From Bdellovibrionota bacterium FG-1 (GTDB lineage: Bacteria; Bdellovibrionota; UBA1018): a DNA stretch of 43,363 nt. This document shows, one piece after another, positions 36,049 to 43,363 of the stretch (position 1 is its first letter; each line of letters opens with the position of its first letter). The stretch spans positions 1 to 43,363 of the forward strand of contig JBBCAW010000028.1 of assembly GCA_051382295.1 (NCBI GenBank), in the 5' to 3' direction. The translations under genes and the position numbers were made by a program. The notes under the pieces were generated by a model that made no database searches, was not told where the DNA came from, and was given only the letters and a program-made list of their open reading frames with translations.

Positions 36049-38343
36049 TCATGAGTCGATCCCTTGTGCCGGCGATTCGTGAGAGGATTGGGCAGCGATG
36101 GGCGAGCTATCAGCAAACAGTGGCACCACCCCCGCGAGCGGTTTGGGAATCATCTTGAGACCGAGCCAGGAAACATGAACGGTGACAATCTCTTCGTCGA
36201 ATCGCCCGGTCACGAGGACGGCTTGCTTGGCGATCTTCAACTCGTCAATCAGGCTGATGCCCGTTTTCTTTTCGCCAAGAAGTTCAAAATCCACGAGATA
36301 AGTCACGCTTCCTGCGTTCGGCGCTGAGTTTTTCACCCAGGTGATCAGATCATGGCCCTTATAGAGGTGTACGACGCGTTCCTCCGATAGGCCGAGGCCG
36401 CTTGCCTTGAGACGCATGTTCCAAAGATCGTGAATCGAGCGATCGTCGTCGAGGATAACCACGGTTCCGTCGGATGGAATTCGCAGCTCACTCAGAAACC
36501 ACTCCGGTGCGGGCGTGCGGGGCATCTCAAGGGTGACCTGAGTGCCGTGCCCCAACTCGGATGCGATTGTGAGCGTACCACCGCATTTCTCGATGGCCTC
36601 GCGGGCACCTGATAGTCCAATCCCTGAGCCGCCCTTCTTGTCGAAGGTTGCGCCTCGCTGGCCAAGCTGCGGCAGTCGATCTTTAGGTATACCTTGTCCG
36701 GTGTCTGCGACGCAGATCCGTACCCGTTCGCCCCAGGCGCGGCAGGTGATCGTCACGGGTCCACAAGCATCTGGCATGGCTTCCACGGCATTGTTAATCA
36801 GGTTCGAAAGGGCGACGCGAAGATCCGTGGCACGAACGGCGGCGAACAGAGCATAATTCGCGGCGTCTGGTTCCGTGACTAACAAGACACCGGGACGATC
36901 CTGTAGCTCGACGCGCTTTTTGGTCACCACGCTGTCGATCAGGCTGACAAGGTGTTGGAGTGAGGGTTTCTCGTTTTTCTTTGTTCTTACTTTCTGCCCC
37001 GGTACTGCTGGGGCATTGGCAGCGCGCGGCGGGCCACTTGTAATCGCCCGGTCGCCATCGGCCTGGGCTTTGAGCTCATCGGTGAGCACCCGAATTTCCT
37101 GCATGGCGTTGGCCAGCACCCGCCTTGGTTCATCACGAGCACCAGTAAGCATGGGCACTGCATTTTCAGCCGCCACCAGCGGTGAGCGAATGTTGTGCGC
37201 GACATCGCGGGCCATCTCGGCGAGCGCCTTGCTCCGCTCGGAGGCGACGAGTTCCTTTTGATTGGCCTCAAGGCTATCAAGGAGCGTGTCCATCGTTCGA
37301 CCGATATTGGAAATCTCGTCCTTTCCTGTGAAATTAAACCGAATGCTGAGGTCCTTGAGGTCGGCGATCTCGCGACTCTTCTGATTGATTCGTTCGATGC
37401 GGGCGGTGAGCTTTTGCGCAATGATCCGAGACAACACGAAGGCAAAGATCAAGCCCAAGGCTGCCGCGATCAAAAGGGTCCATCCCGTTTTTCCAAGACT
37501 TCCGTTCAGATCGCCGAGCGACACTTTGGTTCTAAGCATGTAGTTGAACTTACCGGACGGGTCGGACACCAACCCCTTGCCGACGCATTCACAGCACGAT
37601 TGAACCGTAGCTTTAACGGGCGTTGAAATTTCAATGCTGTCACGGCCAACAAGGGTCAGACCCTCGGCTGGGGTCTGTACTGAAGTGGGATTGGCACCAT
37701 CGGTAATCGTATCTCCCGACCGAATGAAGTTCGCGAGGGGTTTTCCGCTCGGGGTGTAAATGGCCAGGGCCATGAGATTCTTATCGCTCGCCATGACAGA
37801 ACGGAAAAGATCGCCGATGTATCCGACTTCCGTCCCGATATTGATGACATGGCGCCGATCGGCGGTTGGCAGAAGTGCGAACTTGAGTACCTGGCGATCC
37901 ACGACGCTGGGCATGAGCGGCGTATGGTCGTATTCGCTTTCTCCGGTGAATAACTCTCGGTAACCGGCGCAAAAGCTAAAAAGGTTCGGCAGGTCAGCTA
38001 TTTTGTACTTGGTCGAACGAATAAATTTTCCGTCCGCTCGGACAAATTCAATGCTCGAAATGCGAAGGTTGCGCTGCATGACCCGGAGCTTGGCGTCTGA
38101 TGGAATCGGGTGGTCGGCGGTGTAATAGCGAAGCGCCTGGAGCGCGACCCGCATGGTGTCTTCCGTGCCGCTCTCCAGTTTTTCAATCGTTTCGCCAAGT
38201 GTCGTTGATAACGACCGATACCGGATCTGGTAGTTTTCCGTGACGCTGCTGGAGAGGGCGCGGTAGGCTCCGCCAACGGCGATCACGAGCAAGAAGCTCG
38301 ATGAGAGGAAGAGGGCCAGCAGTGTTTTCCGGTAAAAACTCAT
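36049..38343 (-). CDS. Membrane hybrid sensor histidine kinase (periplasmic sensor, HAMP, HisKA, HATPase, atypical C-terminal receiver)
   Basis: Two TMs; VAHNIRSPL, NLINNAVEA, DTGQG, GSGIGL; VILDDD...YLVDFEL...LVTG. Confidence 0.93.
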   Translation of the reverse strand: MSFYRKTLLALFLSSSFLLVIAVGGAYRALSSSVTENYQIRYRSLSTTLGETIEKLESGTEDTMRVALQALRYYTADHPIPSDAKLRVMQRNLRISSIEFVRADGKFIRSTKYKIADLPNLFSFCAGYRELFTGESEYDHTPLMPSVVDRQVLKFALLPTADRRHVINIGTEVGYIGDLFRSVMASDKNLMALAIYTPSGKPLANFIRSGDTITDGANPTSVQTPAEGLTLVGRDSIEISTPVKATVQSCCECVGKGLVSDPSGKFNYMLRTKVSLGDLNGSLGKTGWTLLIAAALGLIFAFVLSRIIAQKLTARIERINQKSREIADLKDLSIRFNFTGKDEISNIGRTMDTLLDSLEANQKELVASERSKALAEMARDVAHNIRSPLVAAENAVPMLTGARDEPRRVLANAMQEIRVLTDELKAQADGDRAITSGPPRAANAPAVPGQKVRTKKNEKPSLQHLVSLIDSVVTKKRVELQDRPGVLLVTEPDAANYALFAAVRATDLRVALSNLINNAVEAMPDACGPVTITCRAWGERVRICVADTGQGIPKDRLPQLGQRGATFDKKGGSGIGLSGAREAIEKCGGTLTIASELGHGTQVTLEMPRTPAPEWFLSELRIPSDGTVVILDDDRSIHDLWNMRLKASGLGLSEERVVHLYKGHDLITWVKNSAPNAGSVTYLVDFELLGEKKTGISLIDELKIAKQAVLVTGRFDEEIVTVHVSWLGLKMIPKPLAGVVPLFADSSPIAAQSSHESPAQGIDS

Positions 38344-38348
38344 GAACC

Positions 38349-39287
38349 CTATCTCCTAACGAGTTCCATAACTAAAACGGCAAAGCGGTAATCGCCGAAG
38401 TTTTCGCCGCTTAATATTTTGTGACGAAAACCATCGGGCAGCATCAGCTTCGCGCTGAGGGTATCCCAGTGGGTTCCCTCGTATCGCCACAGTTCTGCGT
38501 ACTCTGCCAGCGTGTGTACCGAATCTTTTAATACCTCTCCCGAACCGATGATCTCATTACTGAAAATCGGAGTGGTCGGGAGCCGTAGAGTGGATGCGGG
38601 CGCTGCCGCAATATTTATGGGAACTGCGCTCTCGCTGCGGCTGTCTTTGATGGAATCTACGATGGCCTTTGGCGCGAAAACATTGGTTACCAAAAAGAGG
38701 CGCTCACCAGGAAGAATCGAGACTGCCAGCGCGTCAAAGGCGGTTGGAAGGCTAGAGATGCAGTTTACGACGAAATTGCAGACATGAATGGTGTTCTGCG
38801 GGGTTGCGGGCCGAAGTACCTGGCCACCGATTCCACCCTGAATCAGCTCCAAACGGGCGCGGGAGCTAAAATGAGTTTTGAGTGCCGCAAAGGAGTTGTC
38901 ACTGGGCTCGACCAGCGTGATTTTCTGAATGCCTCGGGCCTCAAAGAAGGGAACGAAGCGCCCAACCCCTGCGCCCCAGTCAATGACGTGAACCCCGGCC
39001 AATTGCTTGGGCAGGACTTGCGCGTACCAGGCGAAGATATTGCGATCGGTCTGCCCGGATTTACCCGAACCGTCCTGATCGGCGACGTTTTCCATCACTT
39101 GAGTGGCGGCGGCGTCGTAAATCCCATCGGCGACGTTTTTTTTGCGGTCGTTCATGTCTTGTCCCTCCGTTGGGCGATCATTTTTCGGATCCAAAAGCTC
39201 CTCGCAGCGGTGCTTTGGGTCGGACGCCATTGCAGTCGTTCCCAAACACCCAAGCGTTATAACGAGGATCAATCGCCGTACCTTCAC
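38349..39287 (-). CDS. Class I SAM-dependent methyltransferase with apparent signal peptide
   Basis: VIDWGAGVGRF, LVEPS, CNFVVN, LPGERL; N-terminal MKVRR-hydrophobic-AMA. Confidence 0.75.
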   Translation of the reverse strand: MKVRRLILVITLGCLGTTAMASDPKHRCEELLDPKNDRPTEGQDMNDRKKNVADGIYDAAATQVMENVADQDGSGKSGQTDRNIFAWYAQVLPKQLAGVHVIDWGAGVGRFVPFFEARGIQKITLVEPSDNSFAALKTHFSSRARLELIQGGIGGQVLRPATPQNTIHVCNFVVNCISSLPTAFDALAVSILPGERLFLVTNVFAPKAIVDSIKDSRSESAVPINIAAAPASTLRLPTTPIFSNEIIGSGEVLKDSVHTLAEYAELWRYEGTHWDTLSAKLMLPDGFRHKILSGENFGDYRFAVLVMELVRR

Positions 39288-39290
39288 GAG

Positions 39291-39743
39291 TCACACCTGC
39301 TTCATTAGAAATGTGCCCGCACAAACCATGGCGATCCCCATCGCACGACCGGCGCCGATCGGCTGCGCCTGAATCCCCAGGAAGCCGCCTTGCTCCATAA
39401 TGGTCGAGGCAATGAACTGGCCCGTGACTACCATCGCGAGCGTCGTACCGATCGGAAGCGTGCGTACTGACGCCAGCACACTCGCGACGATCGTCACGCC
39501 AAAAATGCCGCCAGCGAACGAGTACCAGGGTGCTGAGCTGATCTGCGCGAGGCCCTGTTGTGCGATTCGCGGGCTTACCAAGCCGCTGCCAATGATCAGA
39601 AGCAGCGCAAAGACCGCGCCACCGAGGTGACTTACGAGCGTTACCCAGATGCCTGGGACCGATTTGCCGAGAACATTGTTCAGGCCCGTCTGTACCGCAA
39701 CACAGATCCCCGCGATTATTCCGAATAAAGATGCAGCCAACAT
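39291..39743 (-). CDS. DMT-family (YdcZ/DUF606-like) transporter
   Basis: AG..VAVQ..LN..LG, APWY..AGGIFG, GQ..AS...E..G.LG. Confidence 0.9.
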   Translation of the reverse strand: MLAASLFGIIAGICVAVQTGLNNVLGKSVPGIWVTLVSHLGGAVFALLLIIGSGLVSPRIAQQGLAQISSAPWYSFAGGIFGVTIVASVLASVRTLPIGTTLAMVVTGQFIASTIMEQGGFLGIQAQPIGAGRAMGIAMVCAGTFLMKQV

Positions 39744-40609
39744 CAGATTTCCCCTCCAGAAAATTCAGACGACAGAGTTACGGTCCCAAAGGAGAGATTC
39801 AAAAGATGTGGATACCGACCGCGTTTCACAAAATAAATCGTGGCCTGGTTCAGCTCGCGCGGAAGGCCAGTCACTTTCTGATATTCAAGTTTTCCCCAGA
39901 GCCGCAGATCGCGGCATACTTGCTCGATCTGCGCGAGCGAGATGTTTTGCGGACACTTAAGACCTACGACATCCGAGAGTCGCAGCGCCATTTCAAGCAG
40001 ATCCACTCCAGACGGAGCCATGTCTTCTAGCCGGAATTCTCGGCTCAGGTCATAGTCGTAGCGCCCTGCCCACGGCGGATCGAGGTAGACGGCATCAAAT
40101 CGTATTCCCGTGACGATTCGTGTCCTCAATACTGAAACCGCGTCCTCGTGGTTCAGCGTCCATCGAGTGGCAAGTCCGCTGCACTGGACGTTATGAAGGG
40201 CGACCAAAGTGCGGATGGGATCAGTTTCAGCGGATTCGACGTGGAATCCCTCTTGAAGAAAGGCCCACGCTGTTTGGCCGGTGCCTGCGAACAGATCCAG
40301 GAGGCGAAGGTCTTTTTTGCGGGGATCGGCACAGGAAAGACGCCGGAGCATCTTGGCCGTGTGGATCGCAATCGGGCTTTCGGTCGCATCGAAGTACCCG
40401 CGCGCCGTGACCTGATAGCCACTCGCGACGGCCTTCGTTAAGGGCATGCCGAAGTACTGGCGCTCGTAGGGGGCGCCGACACATCCCGCGACCTGGTGGT
40501 TAAAGTCGATGACCTCCGCGAGATTCAGAATGCGGTCACGGGTCGTGCAAACGCCGCTGGACGATGATGGATCGGCTTGCGTTCGCCGAAACTGCGAAAG
40601 TGCAGTCAT
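39743..40609 (-). CDS. TGS1/RsmD-like SAM-dependent amino-methyltransferase
   Basis: LLDLFAGTG, AETDP....A.HN, FDAVYLDPPWAG, KCPQN. Confidence 0.8.
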   Translation of the reverse strand: MTALSQFRRTQADPSSSSGVCTTRDRILNLAEVIDFNHQVAGCVGAPYERQYFGMPLTKAVASGYQVTARGYFDATESPIAIHTAKMLRRLSCADPRKKDLRLLDLFAGTGQTAWAFLQEGFHVESAETDPIRTLVALHNVQCSGLATRWTLNHEDAVSVLRTRIVTGIRFDAVYLDPPWAGRYDYDLSREFRLEDMAPSGVDLLEMALRLSDVVGLKCPQNISLAQIEQVCRDLRLWGKLEYQKVTGLPRELNQATIYFVKRGRYPHLLNLSFGTVTLSSEFSGGEI

Positions 40610-42117
40610 GCGGCACCGCCGTTTTCCGGAGGTGCCGCGCGTTCTCGTTCGTTAGAGAGATCGAAGGCGACTCCCGGAGTGACTCCCTCCGCTTTGCCGG
40701 AGTAGGGACGGCGCTCAATTCCCAGATGCGCGAGCCGTTTGAAGACGGTGCTTCGCGCCAGTCCCAGGCGAGTGGCCGCCTCGGCGGCGTTTCCGTTGGT
40801 CACGGTGATGGACGAGGTGAAGTAGGCTCGCTCGGCTGCGTCCATGAACGCCGCATAAGAGCCATCGTTCAGATCTGATAGCTCTGTAGGAAGCGTTGAT
40901 TCGAGCGCGCGGATATCAGCGGCAGGGCCGCTCACTACATCAAAGGAGATGTCTTCGGCTTCAATTTGCTTCAGGCCACGCGCGCCGTTGCCGGTTCTGT
41001 GCTTTACGCGCAGGTACGCGCGTTCGATTGAGTTTCCAAGCTCGCGAATATTGCCAGGCCACTCGTGTCGCATGAGTTTTCTAACGGCGCGCTCGGAGAT
41101 TTTAAGTGCGGGGCCGTCGAGCGAGCGGCAGAAATGTTGGGCCAACGCTGGAGTGTCCGCTATGCGATCGCGAAGCGGTGTGGTCTGAATGCGAATGACG
41201 TTGAGCCGATACAGGAGATCTTGGCGAAACTGCTTTTGCTTCACCATTTCTTCAAGGTTCTTATTTGTCGCGGCGATGACCCGACAAGAGGTGTGAATAG
41301 GCTTGGTGCCGCCCACGCGAAAGTACGTTCCGTCTTCGATCACTCGAAGGATCTTGCTCTGAGCGTCGTAGGGAAGATCCCCGATTTCATCGAGGAAGAT
41401 GTCGCCATTATGCGCCAGCTCGAATTTACCTGGTTTGTCGCTGAAGGCGCCGGTAAACGTACCTTTCTGGTGACCGAAGAGTTCCTCTTCGACCAGATTC
41501 TCGGGGATCGCCGCGCAGTTGAGGACGACGAGCGGGCGCTGTTTTCCGTCGGAGAGGGCGTTGATGCGACGGGCGATCAGTTCTTTGCCCGTGCCGCTCT
41601 CGCCCGTGATGAGGAAATTGGACATCGCGCCCCTGACGGAAAGGATCTGCTCGCGTAAGGCCGCGGTGGAGGGCGCGTTGCCAATGATCTCGTACTTGAA
41701 CGCGACTCGAATCTGTTCCTTCAAGCTGACGAGGCTTCGCGTGTCCGCCGCGCGTTCGACGACGAAGGGAATGCGGATGAGCAGGTCGGCCAGGCCGCCC
41801 TCGGACTTCACGACGTAATCGTCGGCGCCCAACATCATGCATTTCTTCCCGCTATTCGCTTCCTTGTCCTCGGTGAGGATGATCACAACGGTGTTGGGGT
41901 TGTCTTCTTTGATGCCTTTGATGAGCGTCGTGCCGTCGCCATCCGGCAAGCGCTTGTCGAGAATGACGACATCGTAGGTCTGAGTCTGGAGCGCTTCCTT
42001 GGCCTCGTTGAGATTGGCCGCGCCTTCGATGTCCATGTACACGCCGAGGAGTTGGATGACGCTTTCACGGAATGCTTCGGAGTCTTCGACAATGAGGATT
42101 TTCAAATCGGATTTCAT
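40606..42117 (-). CDS. NtrC-family sigma54-dependent response regulator (REC-AAA+-Fis HTH)
   Basis: ILIVED, ILDKRLPDGDG, GESGTGKE, ELFGHQKGTFTGA, FLDEIG, FRQDLLYRLNV, WPGNIREL, GNAAEAA..LGL.RST. Confidence 0.96.
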   Translation of the reverse strand: MKSDLKILIVEDSEAFRESVIQLLGVYMDIEGAANLNEAKEALQTQTYDVVILDKRLPDGDGTTLIKGIKEDNPNTVVIILTEDKEANSGKKCMMLGADDYVVKSEGGLADLLIRIPFVVERAADTRSLVSLKEQIRVAFKYEIIGNAPSTAALREQILSVRGAMSNFLITGESGTGKELIARRINALSDGKQRPLVVLNCAAIPENLVEEELFGHQKGTFTGAFSDKPGKFELAHNGDIFLDEIGDLPYDAQSKILRVIEDGTYFRVGGTKPIHTSCRVIAATNKNLEEMVKQKQFRQDLLYRLNVIRIQTTPLRDRIADTPALAQHFCRSLDGPALKISERAVRKLMRHEWPGNIRELGNSIERAYLRVKHRTGNGARGLKQIEAEDISFDVVSGPAADIRALESTLPTELSDLNDGSYAAFMDAAERAYFTSSITVTNGNAAEAATRLGLARSTVFKRLAHLGIERRPYSGKAEGVTPGVAFDLSNERERAAPPENGGAA

Positions 42118-42165
42118 ATCTGCTTGCGCCCCTTGTTGCTGGGACTACCGCATAGCCGTTAGCTT

Positions 42166-42232
42166 GTCTCGATTTTTTTCAAATTAACGTCGTTTTTTGA
42201 GACTTTTTCGTTTTAAGTCTCACCGCGTGTCT
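42166..42232. promoter_or_regulatory. Cluster of UAS-like half-sites upstream of the activator gene
   Basis: TGAGACTT-N9-AAGTCTCA at 42198-42222 plus flanking GTCTC; shares the AAGTCT core with the UAS. Confidence 0.55.
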
Positions 42233-42355
42233 CGCGTGCGACGAATTCGTGTGGCACTTCGCGCAACTAATGCGATGCGTTGATGGTTGTTGCCGTGCAG
42301 TGTCGAATTTGCGATCGGGGTTTCGTCGATCGCGCCTCCTTGTTCGGGATGCCGA

Positions 42356-42535
42356 CCGCGCTTGCGACCTGTCTATTCTCCGCCCCGCAGCACCCCGTCC
42401 CGCCAGGCTTCTGATTCTCGCCAGCCTGTCATGCCGGGTGCCCCTACGGGAGCGGGGCGGAGGACAGGATCGCCGCGCGGCCTGGTTTCGCCTTCGTCCC
42501 CTCGCTTTGGGCGAGAGGGAACGAAGTCAAACCCA
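42356..42535 (+). promoter_or_regulatory. Long stem-loop pair, Frpo/ssi-like single-stranded promoter candidate or structured RNA leader
   Basis: Nested complementary arms 42356-42480 and a second hairpin 42483-42535 immediately before the RBS. Confidence 0.55.
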
Positions 42536-42559
42536 CCCTCTTTCACAAGGAGAAGCAAA

Positions 42560-42949
42560 ATGACGACGATGAAATCCGCGATCGAAAAAATCCTGGCCGC
42601 CCACCAGCAACTTGATGCCTTCCGCGCAAACGAACACTACGCCGTGAAGATCGCCAGCAACGGGTTCATGCCGATCTCGATTGAGAAGCATGACAAGCAA
42701 ATCACAGTCACGCACTATTTCCTCGACGCCAGTGGTGATCTTTGCCCTGACCCTGATGTCGAATATGTCGATCTGGGCGGCGCCGATTGGCTCCCGGTAG
42801 CCATACAGCACTCAACAGGCTTGTATTGCAGGGCCGCAGAGCAAGCCGCCAGCGGCAATTGGCTCATCTCCAAGCGGGCAATGCGCGACCTTCAATCCTT
42901 CTCGCGGATGTGGGCGCGGAATCTGTTATCTAATATCCGGCGAATCTGA
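42560..42949 (+). CDS. DUF6908-like protein
   Basis: GFMPISIE, HYF...GDLCPDPDVE, F..MWARNL; AAGGAG RBS. Confidence 0.7.
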   Translation: MTTMKSAIEKILAAHQQLDAFRANEHYAVKIASNGFMPISIEKHDKQITVTHYFLDASGDLCPDPDVEYVDLGGADWLPVAIQHSTGLYCRAAEQAASGNWLISKRAMRDLQSFSRMWARNLLSNIRRI

Positions 42950-43363
42950 GTGCATGCAGTCGTGATGTTGAAGTTTTCAGCACGCTCGCGACTCAGAGAT
43001 AGGCTTGGTTTCTAATAAAGGTGCCATAAGTGGATACCAGGCATGGATTCTTTGCCGAACCAATGAGGCATGAGGCTTGCCCCATTTTGTATGAAACCTG
43101 ATGGCTAACGATGGTGATGAACGGATTCCCTTGGCATAAATGAGCACGCCGCAATCACGAAGCCAGTGCTTTAGACTGCGCGCGGTCGCGGCCCTTCCCC
43201 GGAAGCAATTGATAACGGGGTATGTTTCAATTTTACCCTGCTTATCCGGTTGTCACTTAATTGATGTTTTTGAAGATTTCGCGCTGCGCGCAACGCTGTA
43301 GACTTCTCGATAGGTTAATCCAGGCCGGAGAGTTCCAAGTCCCAGTAAAGTTCGAAATGATAC

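Larger units (their letters stand above)
6911..43363. mobile_element. Integrative conjugative element (tyrosine integrase, MOBP relaxase, F-like T4SS); right end outside the window
   Basis: Co-oriented int-xis-relaxase-mobC-tra genes next to an att remnant. Confidence 0.85.

Noticed and set aside
42287..42559. N-terminal extension of the 220-aa ORF
   Set aside because: It translates the GC-rich hairpin; a strong RBS supports ATG 42560
43066..43080. AGGCATGAGGCTTGC, a GG-N10-GC sigma54-like box on the plus strand
   Set aside because: No UAS at the 70-bp offset and no clear downstream ORF in the window; could be chance
43272..43307. GTAGACTT half-site near the window end
   Set aside because: Partner arm is poor and there is no -24/-12 box at the expected offset

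Overview
Two adjacent mobile regions meet at a 14-bp tmRNA/tRNA-Ala-type 3'-end remnant (TGGTGGAGACGGCG, 6911-6924). Left (1-6924) is an AT-richer island with DUF3883, YhcG/PDDEXK and PD-(D/E)XK nuclease-like genes, two recombinase-DNA-binding-domain-only proteins, and a large serine recombinase split by a 1-bp frameshift whose C-terminus reads into the att remnant. Right (about 6911 to beyond the window end) is an integrative conjugative element, mostly on the minus strand. It carries a tyrosine integrase, excisionase, MOBP relaxase/MobC, an F-like T4SS (traG, H, C, V, B, K, E, L, A, F-like), a PulE/PilB-type ATPase, a coupling protein fused to a TraU-like domain, and ssb. The most striking observation is regulatory: all three transfer operons start at sigma54 (-24/-12) promoters with identical architecture. 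Each has an IHF-like site 16 bp beyond the -24 box and a 36-bp palindrome (GAAAGTCTAC-N16-GTAGACTTTC) exactly 70 bp beyond it. The element also encodes, in one tightly coupled operon, a sigma54 enhancer-binding response regulator, a TGS1-like methyltransferase, a DMT transporter, a second methyltransferase with a signal peptide, and a membrane hybrid histidine kinase. This looks like a self-contained make/export/sense circuit controlling conjugation through sigma54 (inference). The gene content is reminiscent of Bdellovibrionota elements, but taxonomy cannot be established here. All product calls come from motif recognition, not database searches.
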